From Campylobacterota bacterium (lineage in GTDB: Bacteria; Campylobacterota; Campylobacteria; Campylobacterales; Sulfurimonadaceae): 31,095 nucleotides of DNA. The notes under the pieces were generated by a model. The model was not told the DNA's origin and did no database searches. It worked only from the letters and a program-made list of their open reading frames with translations. Both the position numbers and the translations under genes were made by a program. This document shows, in pieces, positions 19,671 to 30,099 of the stretch. The first letter of the stretch is position 1. Every line of letters begins with the position of its first letter. The DNA is taken from positions 1-31,095 of the forward strand of contig JAYEMF010000135.1 of NCBI GenBank assembly GCA_034717975.1, written 5' to 3'.

Positions 19671-20435
19671 TTATGGTGCTATTAAGCCGTTTTTATACTG
19701 ACCCGGATCAAAATCAAAGACAATATTCGGATCGTACAAGACTGTTTTTTCATCTTTATCCGGATAGTCGACCCTGCTTAAAAAGTTTTTTATGGCATTT
19801 AGCCGTGCAATTTTTTTATTATCTGCCTTGATGATCGTCCATTTTGCGAAAGAGAAATGGGTTTTTGACAACATTTCATCTCTTACCAAAGAGTATTTTT
19901 CCCATAATAACTGTGCCTTTTCATCAACGCAGCTTACCTTCCACTGTTTAAGAGGGTCCCGTTTTCTCTCATCCAGCCTTTTTTTCTGCTCTTTTTTTGA
20001 AATATCCAGATAATATTTGAAAAACAGAATTCCAGAATGCACCAGAAGATGTTCAAAATCCTCAACCTCCTCCATAAAGCGGGTGTACTCTTTTTTGGTG
20101 CAGAATTTCATTACTTTTTCTACGCCTGCGCGGTTATACCAGCTTCTGTTGAAAAACACCATCTCTTCCGATGAGGGCAGATGGGGGACAAAACGCTGAA
20201 AATACCATGATTTCCTCTCTTTGTCCGAAGGTCTTCCAAGGGCCGCAATTCTTGCCTCTCTCGGACTTAAATGTTCGATAAATCTTTTGATAGTGCCATC
20301 TTTTCCGGCACTGTCGCGTCCCTCAAAGAGAATACATACTTTCAGCTCTTCTTTTATGCAGTGGCGCTGGAATTTGACAAGCTCCACCTGGAGTTTGTAG
20401 AGCTGCTCGCTATACTCTTTTTTTGAAAGCTTCAT
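19671..20435 (-). CDS. ppk2: Polyphosphate kinase 2
   Basis: FEGRDSAGKDGTIKR, WYFQR, FNRSWYNRAGVE, DPLKQWK. Confidence 0.96.
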   Translation of the reverse strand: MKLSKKEYSEQLYKLQVELVKFQRHCIKEELKVCILFEGRDSAGKDGTIKRFIEHLSPREARIAALGRPSDKERKSWYFQRFVPHLPSSEEMVFFNRSWYNRAGVEKVMKFCTKKEYTRFMEEVEDFEHLLVHSGILFFKYYLDISKKEQKKRLDERKRDPLKQWKVSCVDEKAQLLWEKYSLVRDEMLSKTHFSFAKWTIIKADNKKIARLNAIKNFLSRVDYPDKDEKTVLYDPNIVFDFDPGQYKNGLIAP

Positions 20436-20475
20436 GATTTCAACCTTTTTTAATAGCTAGGAGTCTGACAGACAC

Positions 20476-21411
20476 CTAGAAGAGTGGTGTCTTGTTAAGT
20501 TCATGCCACTTGAGCAGACCTTCCCATATCTCTGTCGCTTCTTCGGCATACCAAAAAAGTGATCGGTCTTCCATATCGATGACTCCCTCATCTTCGAGAA
20601 AATCCATATTTACCAGGTGCTTCCAATATTTTTTACCGACAAGCACTATCGGGATCGGATCGATTTTTCTTGTCTGGATCAGTGTCAGTATGCCGAACAG
20701 CTCGTCAAGCGTACCAAATCCGCCAGGGAAGATGACCAGGGCTTTTGCCCGCTGTAGAAAATGGAATTTTCTAATGGCAAAATAGTGAAACTGAAAACAG
20801 AGTTCGGGAGTGACATATGGATTTGGAAACTGTTCATGCGGCAGGGAAATGTTTAAGCCGATCGATTTGGCATCTGCATCGAAAGCCCCACGATTGGCGG
20901 CTTCCATGATCCCCGGTCCACCTCCTGTCATCAAGGTTATTCGGGAATCCTCCGGACCGTTTCCTGCCATACCGACCAGCCGTCCAAACTCCCTGGATAT
21001 CTCGTAGTATCGGCTTTTGTCCAAGATACGTTTGGCTATCTTCACTTTTTGCATCTTTTTGGTCGAATGGGGAGATTTTCGTAACGTTTTTTTTGCTGAT
21101 TTCAACCGGCGTATCGCTGTTTTTTGTTCGATAATGCGGGTACTTCCGAAAACGACGACAGTATGTTCAATTCCTTGTTTCTGTAAAAGCAGCTCAGCCT
21201 TTTGGTAATCGAGCTCCAGACGAATACCCAATGTTTCAGGTTGTTGCAAAAAATCTTTATCTTCCTCGGCTATTATATAATCGGGGTTTTTGAGTATTTT
21301 TTCAATCCTTTTGTGGGCTTCGGGATCCTCTTTCAGAGATTTAGGATGCTGCCATGGGAGAGGCTCATCTCTTTTTTTTGGATCAACCGGATGTGCAATG
21401 GCATAATTCAT
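20476..21411 (-). CDS. LOG family (TIGR00730) nucleotide phosphoribohydrolase, long form
   Basis: VFGSTR, TGGGPGIMEAANRGA, FAIRKFHF, PGGFGTLDE. Confidence 0.92.
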   Translation of the reverse strand: MNYAIAHPVDPKKRDEPLPWQHPKSLKEDPEAHKRIEKILKNPDYIIAEEDKDFLQQPETLGIRLELDYQKAELLLQKQGIEHTVVVFGSTRIIEQKTAIRRLKSAKKTLRKSPHSTKKMQKVKIAKRILDKSRYYEISREFGRLVGMAGNGPEDSRITLMTGGGPGIMEAANRGAFDADAKSIGLNISLPHEQFPNPYVTPELCFQFHYFAIRKFHFLQRAKALVIFPGGFGTLDELFGILTLIQTRKIDPIPIVLVGKKYWKHLVNMDFLEDEGVIDMEDRSLFWYAEEATEIWEGLLKWHELNKTPLF

Positions 21412-21644
21412 CTACCCTTCCCCTTTTTTTTTCTGATTGCAATGCATATATCAAAAAATCGATCGGCAATGTCTCCGATGAAAAAGATACCGAATAAAAA
21501 ACAGCTTACTGCCAAATCATTTCCAATGCGTTGCATGAAATTGGACAGATCTTCTTTAAAAGGAGACTTCTCCACTAATCCTCTTGCGAAAGTCCAGTGA
21601 TAAGACTGTCCTTGCATTGCATCTACAATTATAAAGTTTCGAAT

Positions 21645-22046
21645 TCATTTTTCTTCATATTTTAGCCATTGTCGGGCATCTTCAATATCTTCAAAATATC
21701 GCATTTTCGCATGCATAAACCAGTTTGAGATTTTAATACTGTACTCTTCCCACTTTTTATTGCCCACGAATGCGAGCTCGGTAAATTCGCTGTTATGCTC
21801 CAGACCGAATTTCAGATCATCCCATGCTGCTCTGAGATCCCAGCCCTCAAAATCAATTGCGTCTATCAGAACTTTTATTTTTGGTTTTTTAATCCCGCTA
21901 ATGGCATTTTCAATCATCGGCACCATCAGATCATAATCATCATGCTCCAATCTGCCGCTGATTTGTATTTTCAGATAAACATGATCACCACTTCTCCGGA
22001 AACCTATGGAAATACCGTGCTCTTCACTTTTCTCTGTTTTATTCAT
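21645..22046 (-). CDS. STAS/SEC14 (SpoIIAA-like) domain protein
   Basis: GRLEHDDY, FEGWDLRAAWDDLKFG, LAFVG, ARQWL; GAGGA RBS. Confidence 0.9.
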   Translation of the reverse strand: MNKTEKSEEHGISIGFRRSGDHVYLKIQISGRLEHDDYDLMVPMIENAISGIKKPKIKVLIDAIDFEGWDLRAAWDDLKFGLEHNSEFTELAFVGNKKWEEYSIKISNWFMHAKMRYFEDIEDARQWLKYEEK

Positions 22047-22154
22047 GATATCCTCTTGGATAAATTGTAGTGCAAAAACCTTTAAACTTCAGAGGGACCT
22101 TCCGGTTTAAAATAAAACCGTGCATGAAAGAAGATTTGAATGAACTTATGATAT

Positions 22155-22175
22155 TCAGGATTTTTAGAGGTGCCC
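22155..22175. repeat. Dispersed TTTTTAGAGGTGCCC motif, copy 2
   Basis: TCAGGATTTTTAGAGGTGCCC; 15-bp core identical to 8640-8654. Confidence 0.55.
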
Positions 22176-22217
22176 ATATGTTACTCTGACGTAAAGCCTT
22201 TAGAGAAGATAACGAAA

Positions 22218-24341
22218 ATGCATGATTCGTCAGTCAATATTATCCTTCCTGCTCTCCCGGCTGAGCTTAAAGAGCTCAGAGAGATCGCTTTGAATCTTTG
22301 GTGGACATGGAATCCACGAGGAAAAAATCTATTTAAACTGTTTAATGCCTATCGCTGGAAAGAGTCCGGGAACAATCCCATCTTGATGCTCAAATCGCTC
22401 TCTGAAATGGAGTTGCACCATGCCATAAAAAACAGCTTTTTTATGCGTGAATACCACTATGTTTCGGCACAGTTCGGTCACTATATGGCGGGAAAAAGTC
22501 TTATAACGGAAAAACTACCGACAGTTGCCTATTTTTGTGCAGAGTTCGGTCTGCACCGCAGTCTCCCGATCTACTCCGGTGGACTGGGGTTTTTGGCCGG
22601 AGATATCCTGAAAGAGAGCAGCGATATGGGCCTGAATATGGTCGGTGTCGGATTTATGTATCCGCAGGGATATGTTCATCAGGTAATGGGACCGGACGGA
22701 TGGCAGCAAGACAGAAATCAGTCCATTAACAAGGATGCCGCACCGGTGGAGCGAGTCCTGGATGAAAAAGGCGGGCATCTCATAGTAGAAGTACCTTTTA
22801 TCGATCCTCCAATAGCGGTATCGGTATGGAAGGTCAATGTCGGACGCACACCCCTCTATCTGCTCGATACGGATATCGATCAAAATGATCCGTGGGACAG
22901 AGAAATATCGTCAAAACTCTATACACCGGATATGCATCAGCGACTGCGTCAGGAGATTGTACTCGGAATAGGAGGTTACCATGTACTTGAAGTTCTCTTG
23001 ATCGAGTATTCTGTCCTGCACCTTAACGAAGGGCATCCCGCCTTTGCACTTTTGGAACGTGCCCGTGTGCGTATCGAATCGGGGATGGACCCTGATGCGG
23101 CAATCGAAGCGATAAAACAGTGTTCGGTATTTACAACCCATACGCCGCTTCGCTCCGCCACGGATGTCTACAGTTTTGAGATGATAGAGCAGTACTTCGC
23201 TGACTACTGGAAAAAACTGGGGATCAGCAAAGAGCAGTTTCTAAACCTGGGCGTCAATCCGGATGAACCCTCGGCAGGATTCAATATGACGGTTCTGGGT
23301 CTGAATATGTGTCATTACCGCAACGGAGTCAGTCAAGTCCACGCAGCAGTAAGCCAAACGATATGGGCATCGCTTTTTCCGAACGTATCTCCTGAAAAGG
23401 TACCAATCACGCCTATAACCAACGGTGTGCATCTTCCGACCTGGCTGAATGACGAACTGCGCAGTCGGTATAGCCGCTTGCTCGGCAATGAATGGCTCAG
23501 TATGCAGGATGATCCTGATCTGTGGCAATACATAGATGAACTCGACAATGAAACATTATGGAACCTCCACCGCCAATGCAAACTGCGTCTGATCAATACC
23601 CTCAGGGAGCAGGTCCGCCGTAACTATGCCGATGAGGGGATCAGTCCGGTAGTGGCACTGGCAGAAGGACTGTTACTTGATCCCGATATTCTGACTATCG
23701 GGTTTGCAAGGCGCATGACCGCCTACAAGCGCCCTGATCTAATCCTGCATGATCTGCAGCGATTGGAAAAGATCATCGATAATGAAGACCGGCCGATACA
23801 GATTGTCTTTGCCGGCAAAGCCCATCCTTCGGACAATCCCGGCAAACAGATCCTGCAGCGTATCTTTAAGACCGCTCAGGATCCCCGATTCAAAGGACGT
23901 ATCGCCTTTGTCGAAGATTACGGCGAATTTCTGGCCAAATACCTTGTAAGCGGCGTCGATGTCTGGCTTAACTCGCCGCTGCCGCCGATGGAAGCCTGCG
24001 GTACCAGCGGTATGAAAAGCTCGATAAACGGCGTACTTCATCTTTCTGTTATGGACGGCTGGTGGCCCGAAGCGTTTAATGGCAGCAACGGATGGAAATT
24101 CGGTGCTCAAAACGGCAATGATACAGAAGATGCCCAGTCCCTGTATGATACGCTTGAAAATGAAATCGTTCCTCTCTATTACGACAGTGGCGATGAAGGC
24201 ATCCCGCATGATTGGATTGTCATGATGAAGGCCGCTATGAAAAGTATTTCGCCGCATTTTGGCACAAGAAGGATGATGAATGACTATATAGAAAAATTTT
24301 ATCTTCCAATCTCTCGGCAGATTGTACAGAGGAAGCAATAG
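22218..24341 (+). CDS. glgP: Alpha-glucan (glycogen/maltodextrin) phosphorylase
   Basis: NLWWTW, AYFCAEFG, YSGGLGFLAGD, HLNEGH, FAGKAHP, PLP-Lys motif EACGTSGMK; start moved to ATG 22218. Confidence 0.95.
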   Translation: MHDSSVNIILPALPAELKELREIALNLWWTWNPRGKNLFKLFNAYRWKESGNNPILMLKSLSEMELHHAIKNSFFMREYHYVSAQFGHYMAGKSLITEKLPTVAYFCAEFGLHRSLPIYSGGLGFLAGDILKESSDMGLNMVGVGFMYPQGYVHQVMGPDGWQQDRNQSINKDAAPVERVLDEKGGHLIVEVPFIDPPIAVSVWKVNVGRTPLYLLDTDIDQNDPWDREISSKLYTPDMHQRLRQEIVLGIGGYHVLEVLLIEYSVLHLNEGHPAFALLERARVRIESGMDPDAAIEAIKQCSVFTTHTPLRSATDVYSFEMIEQYFADYWKKLGISKEQFLNLGVNPDEPSAGFNMTVLGLNMCHYRNGVSQVHAAVSQTIWASLFPNVSPEKVPITPITNGVHLPTWLNDELRSRYSRLLGNEWLSMQDDPDLWQYIDELDNETLWNLHRQCKLRLINTLREQVRRNYADEGISPVVALAEGLLLDPDILTIGFARRMTAYKRPDLILHDLQRLEKIIDNEDRPIQIVFAGKAHPSDNPGKQILQRIFKTAQDPRFKGRIAFVEDYGEFLAKYLVSGVDVWLNSPLPPMEACGTSGMKSSINGVLHLSVMDGWWPEAFNGSNGWKFGAQNGNDTEDAQSLYDTLENEIVPLYYDSGDEGIPHDWIVMMKAAMKSISPHFGTRRMMNDYIEKFYLPISRQIVQRKQ

Positions 24342-24400
24342 TGTTCTCTCCATTGAGGCTTCAGCGAGATCTTCTCCCATTCCGGCATTGCATCAAAAAA

Positions 24401-24950
24401 TCATTTTAAACTTCCCGCCATTTCAACAACCGTATCACTCTTGAACCAGCATTGCAGCAAGTGTGATTTTTGCTTTTCAAACGCATTTGCCTGCACTTCA
24501 AAATAGTCTTTACTTTCTTCGCAGATTTTTGCCTTTTTAACAATAGCGGTGGTAGTCAGCCAGATATCGATGCCGAATTTGGCAATGTCGCTCTCCCGGA
24601 CATCCTCTTTCAGATAACTTTTTATCAGATCGCCCCCGATACCAGGGGGCAACATACTCGTAACCCTGCATGATCGGTTCGATCATGTTTTTGACCCATT
24701 CCGGTGTAATGGAACGCAGGTCGGCATCAAAAAGCGCAACGGCTTTGGCATCCAGAAAATCTGCCGCTTCAAAAATAGCTCTGAGGGCAGATCCTTTACC
24801 GGGAACCCCTCTGTAGATAGAAACGATTTTTTCCACCTTGAAACTATCTATATCGATCTCTCTGGCCACTTCTCTGGTATCATCGGTCGAACCGCCGTCA
24901 GCAACAAATATGATGGCCTTATACTCTTCCTTTACTTTGGCATACGTACA
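24401..24950 (-). pseudogene. Collapsed GT-A glycosyltransferase (mannosylglycerate/glucosylglycerate synthase-like)
   Basis: Fragments ADGGSTDDT, GKGSALRAIFEAA, DADLRSITPEW, YVAPWY, IGGD, DIAKFGIDIWLTT and a C-terminal-like YFEVQANAFEKQK lie in two frames; no in-frame start before the first block. Confidence 0.85.
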
Positions 24951-27900
24951 TTATACATCTCCTCGTGCAATATCCTGATAATTTATTTTGGTCAGGTTTT
25001 CATAACGTTTATACATCTCTTTCGCATGAAACGTGGCTGTCTTCAAAAACTGTGCCGCATCTTCAGCGTTCATCTTTTCAACCATTTTAAAGCGCGTTTC
25101 GTTATACATATATTCTTTGACAGGAATTTTTGGCCCCTTGTAATCCAGTTTCATCGGATTTTCTCCGGAACGTTCAAGTTCAGGGTTATATCTGAATGTT
25201 GGCCATAAGCCGCACTGAACCGCCAGTTTTTGCTGGTTCATACCATGTTTGAGATCATAGCCGTGAGCGATACAGTGCGAATAGGCGATGATAAGCGATG
25301 GCCCGTCATATCTTTCCGCTTCCATAAAGGCCTTAATTGTCTGGGTATCGCTTGCCCCCATGGCCACACGCGCCACATAGACATCGCCATAAGTGACTGC
25401 CATCATCGCCAGGTCTTTGGGCAGCTGCGGTTTTCCGCCTGATGCGAATTTGGCGACGGCTCCTGTTGGTGTGGCCTTGGACTGCTGGCCGCCTGTATTG
25501 GAGTAGACCTGAGTATCAAGTACCAGAATGTTGACATTTTTACCGCTGGCGAGAACATGATCGAGCCCACCGTAGCCGATGTCGTATGCCCAGCCGTCAC
25601 CGCCGATGATCCAGACCGATTTCTTAACCAGATAATCGACAAGCGTCAAAAGGTGCTTTGCATCATCGTTTTGTATATTTTCCAGCTGATCTTTAAGCTG
25701 CCCAACACGTTCACGTTGTTTAAAAATATCGGTTTCGTCATGCTGATCGGCATTAACAATAGCTTCCGAAAGTTCAGGGCTTATGTAATCGCCAAGTTTT
25801 TGCAGCAGTTCTTTGGCCTGTTCCCCGTGTTTGTCTATCGTCAGCCTGAATCCAAGACCAAATTCGGCATTATCTTCAAACAGTGAATTTGACCATGCCG
25901 GTCCGCGTCCTTCATGGTTTTTGGTCCAGGGTGTTGTCGGTAGATTGCCGCCATAGATCGATGAACATCCCGTTGCATTGGCAACGATCATACGGTCACC
26001 GAAAAGCTGGGTTGCCAGTTTGATGTACGGTGTCTCGCCGCATCCCGGGCAGGCGCCGGAAAATTCAAAAAGAGGCTGCAGAAGCTGGCTTTCTTTTACT
26101 TTGGCGTGATCAAGTTTTGAGCGGTTATATTCCGGTAATGCAAGGAAATAGTCCCAGTTTTCAATCCCCTCTTCAAGCAGCGGAAGTTTTGGTGTCATAT
26201 TGATCGCTTTTAATTCCGGATGGATTTTGTTCCTGCCTGGACAGACCTCTACACACAAAGAGCATCCGGTACAATCTTCTACAGCGACCTGAATGGTAAA
26301 ATGCTCACTCCCGTTAAAACTCTTTCCTTTTGCTTTTATGCTTTTGAAAAGATCGGATGCATCAACAAGCTCACTCTCCTGCACCACCTTGGAGCGGATA
26401 ACGGCATGGGGACAGACCAGCACACATTTGTTGCACTGGATACACGCTTCGGGATCCCAGACGGGCACATCCTGTGCAATATTGCGTTTTTCATACTGGG
26501 TCGTACCACTTGGCCAGGTGCCATCAACAGGGATTTTACTGACCGGCAGCTCATCTCCTCTGCCTTCAATCAGATGAGCGGTGACATTGGTAACAAATTC
26601 GCTTGCCTTGCCTTTTACAGAGCGCTCCAGAGGCAGTGTACTTTCTGCCATTTTCGGGATGGCGACTTCATAAAGATGATCGAGTGCGTTATCGACTGCA
26701 TGAAAGTTCAACTGCACGATCTCGTCACTTTTTGCAGCATATGTTTTTTGGATTGATGCTTTGATCTGTCTGATCGCTTCACGCTTTGGCAGTACACCTG
26801 AAATAGCAAAGAAACAAGTCTGCATGATCGTATTGATACGGCGACCCATTTTGCTCTCTCTGGCTACTTTATACGCATCGACTACATAAAATCGGATTCC
26901 TTTTTCTATGATCTCCTTCTGGATCACACGCGGCATGCGTCTCCAGACAAGCTCTCGGTCAAAGGGCGAGTTCAATAGAAAAAATGCACCTTTTTTAGCA
27001 TGTTGCAAGATGTCAAACTTCTCCATAAAGACGCTTTGATGACAGGCTACAAAGTCAGCTTTTTCGATCAAATAGGTTGAGTGTATGGGCTCCGGACCGA
27101 AACGAAGATGTGAGATGGTCATGGAGCCTGATTTTTTTGAGTCATAAACAAAATAACCCTGGGCATAATTGTCCGTCTGTGTTCCGATTATCTTAATGGA
27201 GTTTTTATTGGCCCCCACGGTTCCGTCCGAGCCAAGTCCAAAGAAAATAGCTTGAAAGATTTTTTCATCAGGCAGGACAAAACCACTGTCCCACTCCAAT
27301 GAGGTCCGGGTTACATCATCATGGATACCGATCGTAAAATGTGTTTTTGGTTTATCTTTTTTAAGCTCATCAAAAATAGCTTTGATCATACCCGGCGTGA
27401 ATTCTTTGGAGGAGAGACCATAGCGACCACCGATCAGATAAGGAACCTCAATATCAAGCAAGCCTTCCTCTTTCGCTTCATTGAAAGCACTGACAACATC
27501 AAGATAGAGCGGCTCTCCCAATGATCCCGGTTCCTTGGTGCGATCTAAAACGGCAATTGCTTTTGTTGTCTCAGGCAAAAGATCGATAAAATGTTTGATA
27601 GAAAACGGTCGGTAGAGTCTGACTTTAATAACGCCTGTTTTTTCACCCAGAGTATTCAGATACTCGACACTTTCCTGAACAGCTTCTGCACCCGAACCCA
27701 TAATGATGATGATATGCTCTGCATCTTCGGCACCGACATAATCAAAAAGATGGTAATTCCTTCTCGTCAGTGCGGCAAACTCATCCATAACATCCTGAAC
27801 ATAAGCCGGGGTCTTGTCGTAAAAACCGTTGACACTTTCGCGTCCCTGAAAATAGACATCCGGATTTTGTGATGTACCGCGGATAAACGGATTGTCCGAT

Positions 27901-28526
27901 GTCAAGGCACGCTTTCTATGCGCTGTGACAAGGTCGTCATCAATGATCGTTTTCATTGTTGCTTCATCGAGTAATTCGATCTTATTGACTTCATGGGATG
28001 TTCGAAAACCGTCAAAAAAGTGTAAAAAAGGTATGCGCGATTTGAGTGTCGCTGCCTGGGCAATCAGGGCAAAGTCATGCGCTTCCTGGACAGAATCTGA
28101 AGCCAGCATTGCAAAACCGGTCTGTCTCACGGACATCACATCGGTGTGATCACCAAAGATAGAGAGTGCTTGTGCGGCAAGTGAACGTGCTGCAACATGA
28201 AAAACCGCCGGGGTAAGCTCACCGGCGATTTTATTCATATTCGGGATCATTAGCAGCAGACCCTGTGAGGCTGTAAAAGTTGTCGTCAATGCACCGCTTT
28301 GAAGGGCACCGTGCACCGTAGCGCTGGCACCACCTTCGCTTTGCATCTCCATCACATCGGGCACCGTACCAAAAATATTTTTTTCTCCATGCATGGCATA
28401 GACATCACTCCATTCACCCATCGGGGAAGCCGGTGTGATCGGATAGATCGCAATAATCTCATTGAGCTTGTAAGCTACCTGTGCAACGGCTTCGTTGCCA
28501 TCAATAGTTGCTGTAAGCTTATTCAT
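24951..28526 (-). CDS. nifJ: Pyruvate:ferredoxin/flavodoxin oxidoreductase (single-chain NifJ type)
   Basis: DGNEA, YPITP, EMQSEGG, two CxxCxxCxxxCP motifs, GACPGCGET, GGDGWAYDIG; ATG 28526 has an AAGGAG RBS. Confidence 0.97.
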   Translation of the reverse strand: MNKLTATIDGNEAVAQVAYKLNEIIAIYPITPASPMGEWSDVYAMHGEKNIFGTVPDVMEMQSEGGASATVHGALQSGALTTTFTASQGLLLMIPNMNKIAGELTPAVFHVAARSLAAQALSIFGDHTDVMSVRQTGFAMLASDSVQEAHDFALIAQAATLKSRIPFLHFFDGFRTSHEVNKIELLDEATMKTIIDDDLVTAHRKRALTSDNPFIRGTSQNPDVYFQGRESVNGFYDKTPAYVQDVMDEFAALTRRNYHLFDYVGAEDAEHIIIIMGSGAEAVQESVEYLNTLGEKTGVIKVRLYRPFSIKHFIDLLPETTKAIAVLDRTKEPGSLGEPLYLDVVSAFNEAKEEGLLDIEVPYLIGGRYGLSSKEFTPGMIKAIFDELKKDKPKTHFTIGIHDDVTRTSLEWDSGFVLPDEKIFQAIFFGLGSDGTVGANKNSIKIIGTQTDNYAQGYFVYDSKKSGSMTISHLRFGPEPIHSTYLIEKADFVACHQSVFMEKFDILQHAKKGAFFLLNSPFDRELVWRRMPRVIQKEIIEKGIRFYVVDAYKVARESKMGRRINTIMQTCFFAISGVLPKREAIRQIKASIQKTYAAKSDEIVQLNFHAVDNALDHLYEVAIPKMAESTLPLERSVKGKASEFVTNVTAHLIEGRGDELPVSKIPVDGTWPSGTTQYEKRNIAQDVPVWDPEACIQCNKCVLVCPHAVIRSKVVQESELVDASDLFKSIKAKGKSFNGSEHFTIQVAVEDCTGCSLCVEVCPGRNKIHPELKAINMTPKLPLLEEGIENWDYFLALPEYNRSKLDHAKVKESQLLQPLFEFSGACPGCGETPYIKLATQLFGDRMIVANATGCSSIYGGNLPTTPWTKNHEGRGPAWSNSLFEDNAEFGLGFRLTIDKHGEQAKELLQKLGDYISPELSEAIVNADQHDETDIFKQRERVGQLKDQLENIQNDDAKHLLTLVDYLVKKSVWIIGGDGWAYDIGYGGLDHVLASGKNVNILVLDTQVYSNTGGQQSKATPTGAVAKFASGGKPQLPKDLAMMAVTYGDVYVARVAMGASDTQTIKAFMEAERYDGPSLIIAYSHCIAHGYDLKHGMNQQKLAVQCGLWPTFRYNPELERSGENPMKLDYKGPKIPVKEYMYNETRFKMVEKMNAEDAAQFLKTATFHAKEMYKRYENLTKINYQDIARGDV

Positions 28527-28564
28527 CAGTTTGCTCTCCTTTTCACTCAGGGCTTTTACCTTAA

Positions 28565-29956
28565 TCATCTTTTAAACTTGGAATCTTCCTGGCGTTTTTC
28601 ACGCTTTTTCTGAAGACGCTCGCGAAGATTTTTTAGTTTGCTTATCTCTTTCTCTTCCATGTCTACTTCGGTGTGAGCGATCTCTTCACCCATCTCAATT
28701 TTGAGTATATCAGATTTTTTCATGGCAAGGATCTGCGAAGCGAACACACTGCGGTGTCCTGTCATCAGAAAACTGATGACCACCGAGATGGCAGCATAGT
28801 GGGCGACTTCCAGGCCAAACAACTCCATAGCCATAATCGTTGCGGCAATCGGTGTATTGGTGGTTCCGGCAAGTACACTTATGAAACCAAGTGCGGCAAA
28901 AAAAGCCATGTGGTCACCCATTAGTGTTCCAAACCAGTGACCGCTGGTCGCACCGATATAAAAAATAGGCGTGACAATACCACCGCTGCCCCCGACAGCC
29001 AGCGTAATGGAGGTAAATACCGTTTTGATCAAAAAACTGTACCAGGGAATATCTCTTGAAAAATAGGGATCGCTCTGGAGTGTATTGTCGATGGTTTCAA
29101 GCCCCAGTCCAAAATACTGGTCTCCCACTATGAACGACAACCCGATCAGAACTGTTCCGCCGGCAAACGCTTTCACGTAAACATTGAAACGAATCTTCCG
29201 GATCATTCGACCTATTCGTTTCAGGCTGGTTATCGTGATGTCAGATACCAGGCCGAAAAAAAGCCCGGCCAAGACAACCTGAAGGATCAGGGGAATATCC
29301 AGGGTAATATGCTGATGAAAACGGATGTCAAAATAGGTGTATTCCATACCCAGGAACTGCGCGGTCGTAAAGGCCGAGAAACCGGCAATAAAAGAGGGGA
29401 GAAGAACATCATAGCGGATCAGCCCGATCACCAGCGCTTCAACCCCGAAAATAGCGCCCGCGATCGGGGTGCCGAAAACGGTTGCAAATCCGGCACCGAT
29501 CCCGCAGATCACCAGCTTTTTACGATCCTCTTTTCTGAAATGAAAAAAATCAGAGACAAATGATGCCATTCCGGCACCGATCTGTGCACCGGGACCTTCC
29601 TTACCGACAGAACCTCCGGAAAAAATAGTCAGTACCGTGGCAAGCAGTTTGACAGGAATAACAGCAAGCTCTATCTTGCCGTCCTTCTTGTGCACCGCTT
29701 CAATCACTTTTTCCGTGCCATGCCCCTCGGCATCGGGAGCGAATCTCTTCACCAGCCAAACTGTTAAAAGCAGGGCAAAAGGAAGTAGATAATAGTAATC
29801 AAACGGTAGCAGGCTTTGACTCCGCTCTGAAAACTGTAGTATCTTCAGGAAAAGTGTTACGCTCGCACCAATAATGATGCCGACTATTGAGGAGAGCAGC
29901 AGCCATTTGGCAACACTGATAAAGATACTGACTTGTTCAATAGTATGCTTTTTCAT
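28565..29956 (-). CDS. CLC (voltage-gated chloride channel family) protein
   Basis: GGSVGKEGP, FGTPIAGAIF, GSGGIVTP, NTPIAA; no CBS tail. Confidence 0.93.
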   Translation of the reverse strand: MKKHTIEQVSIFISVAKWLLLSSIVGIIIGASVTLFLKILQFSERSQSLLPFDYYYLLPFALLLTVWLVKRFAPDAEGHGTEKVIEAVHKKDGKIELAVIPVKLLATVLTIFSGGSVGKEGPGAQIGAGMASFVSDFFHFRKEDRKKLVICGIGAGFATVFGTPIAGAIFGVEALVIGLIRYDVLLPSFIAGFSAFTTAQFLGMEYTYFDIRFHQHITLDIPLILQVVLAGLFFGLVSDITITSLKRIGRMIRKIRFNVYVKAFAGGTVLIGLSFIVGDQYFGLGLETIDNTLQSDPYFSRDIPWYSFLIKTVFTSITLAVGGSGGIVTPIFYIGATSGHWFGTLMGDHMAFFAALGFISVLAGTTNTPIAATIMAMELFGLEVAHYAAISVVISFLMTGHRSVFASQILAMKKSDILKIEMGEEIAHTEVDMEEKEISKLKNLRERLQKKREKRQEDSKFKR

Positions 29957-29982
29957 GTTTTCTTTTTGAGGGAATATCTATA

Positions 29983-30004
29983 AGGTACTTCTAAAAAGTC
30001 CTGA
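29983..30004. repeat. Degenerate inverted copy of the dispersed motif
   Basis: Reverse complement TCAGGACTTTTTAGAAGTACCT versus TCAGGATTTTTAGAGGTGCCC. Confidence 0.45.
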
Positions 30005-30099
30005 TTTTTTCATTATCAAACAATATAGGATATTGTAACGCCATCTTGATAAAAAAGAGGTGTCCAAACACATATGAATGGCACTACTACAGCTGAATG

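Noticed and set aside
22103..22120. CGGTTT-N6-AAACCG inverted repeat between the divergent SpoIIAA-like gene and glgP
   Set aside because: 6-bp arms, single occurrence; could be chance.
22170..22217. GTG start for glgP at 22170
   Set aside because: It lies within the dispersed repeat motif; ATG 22218 fits the family N-terminus better.
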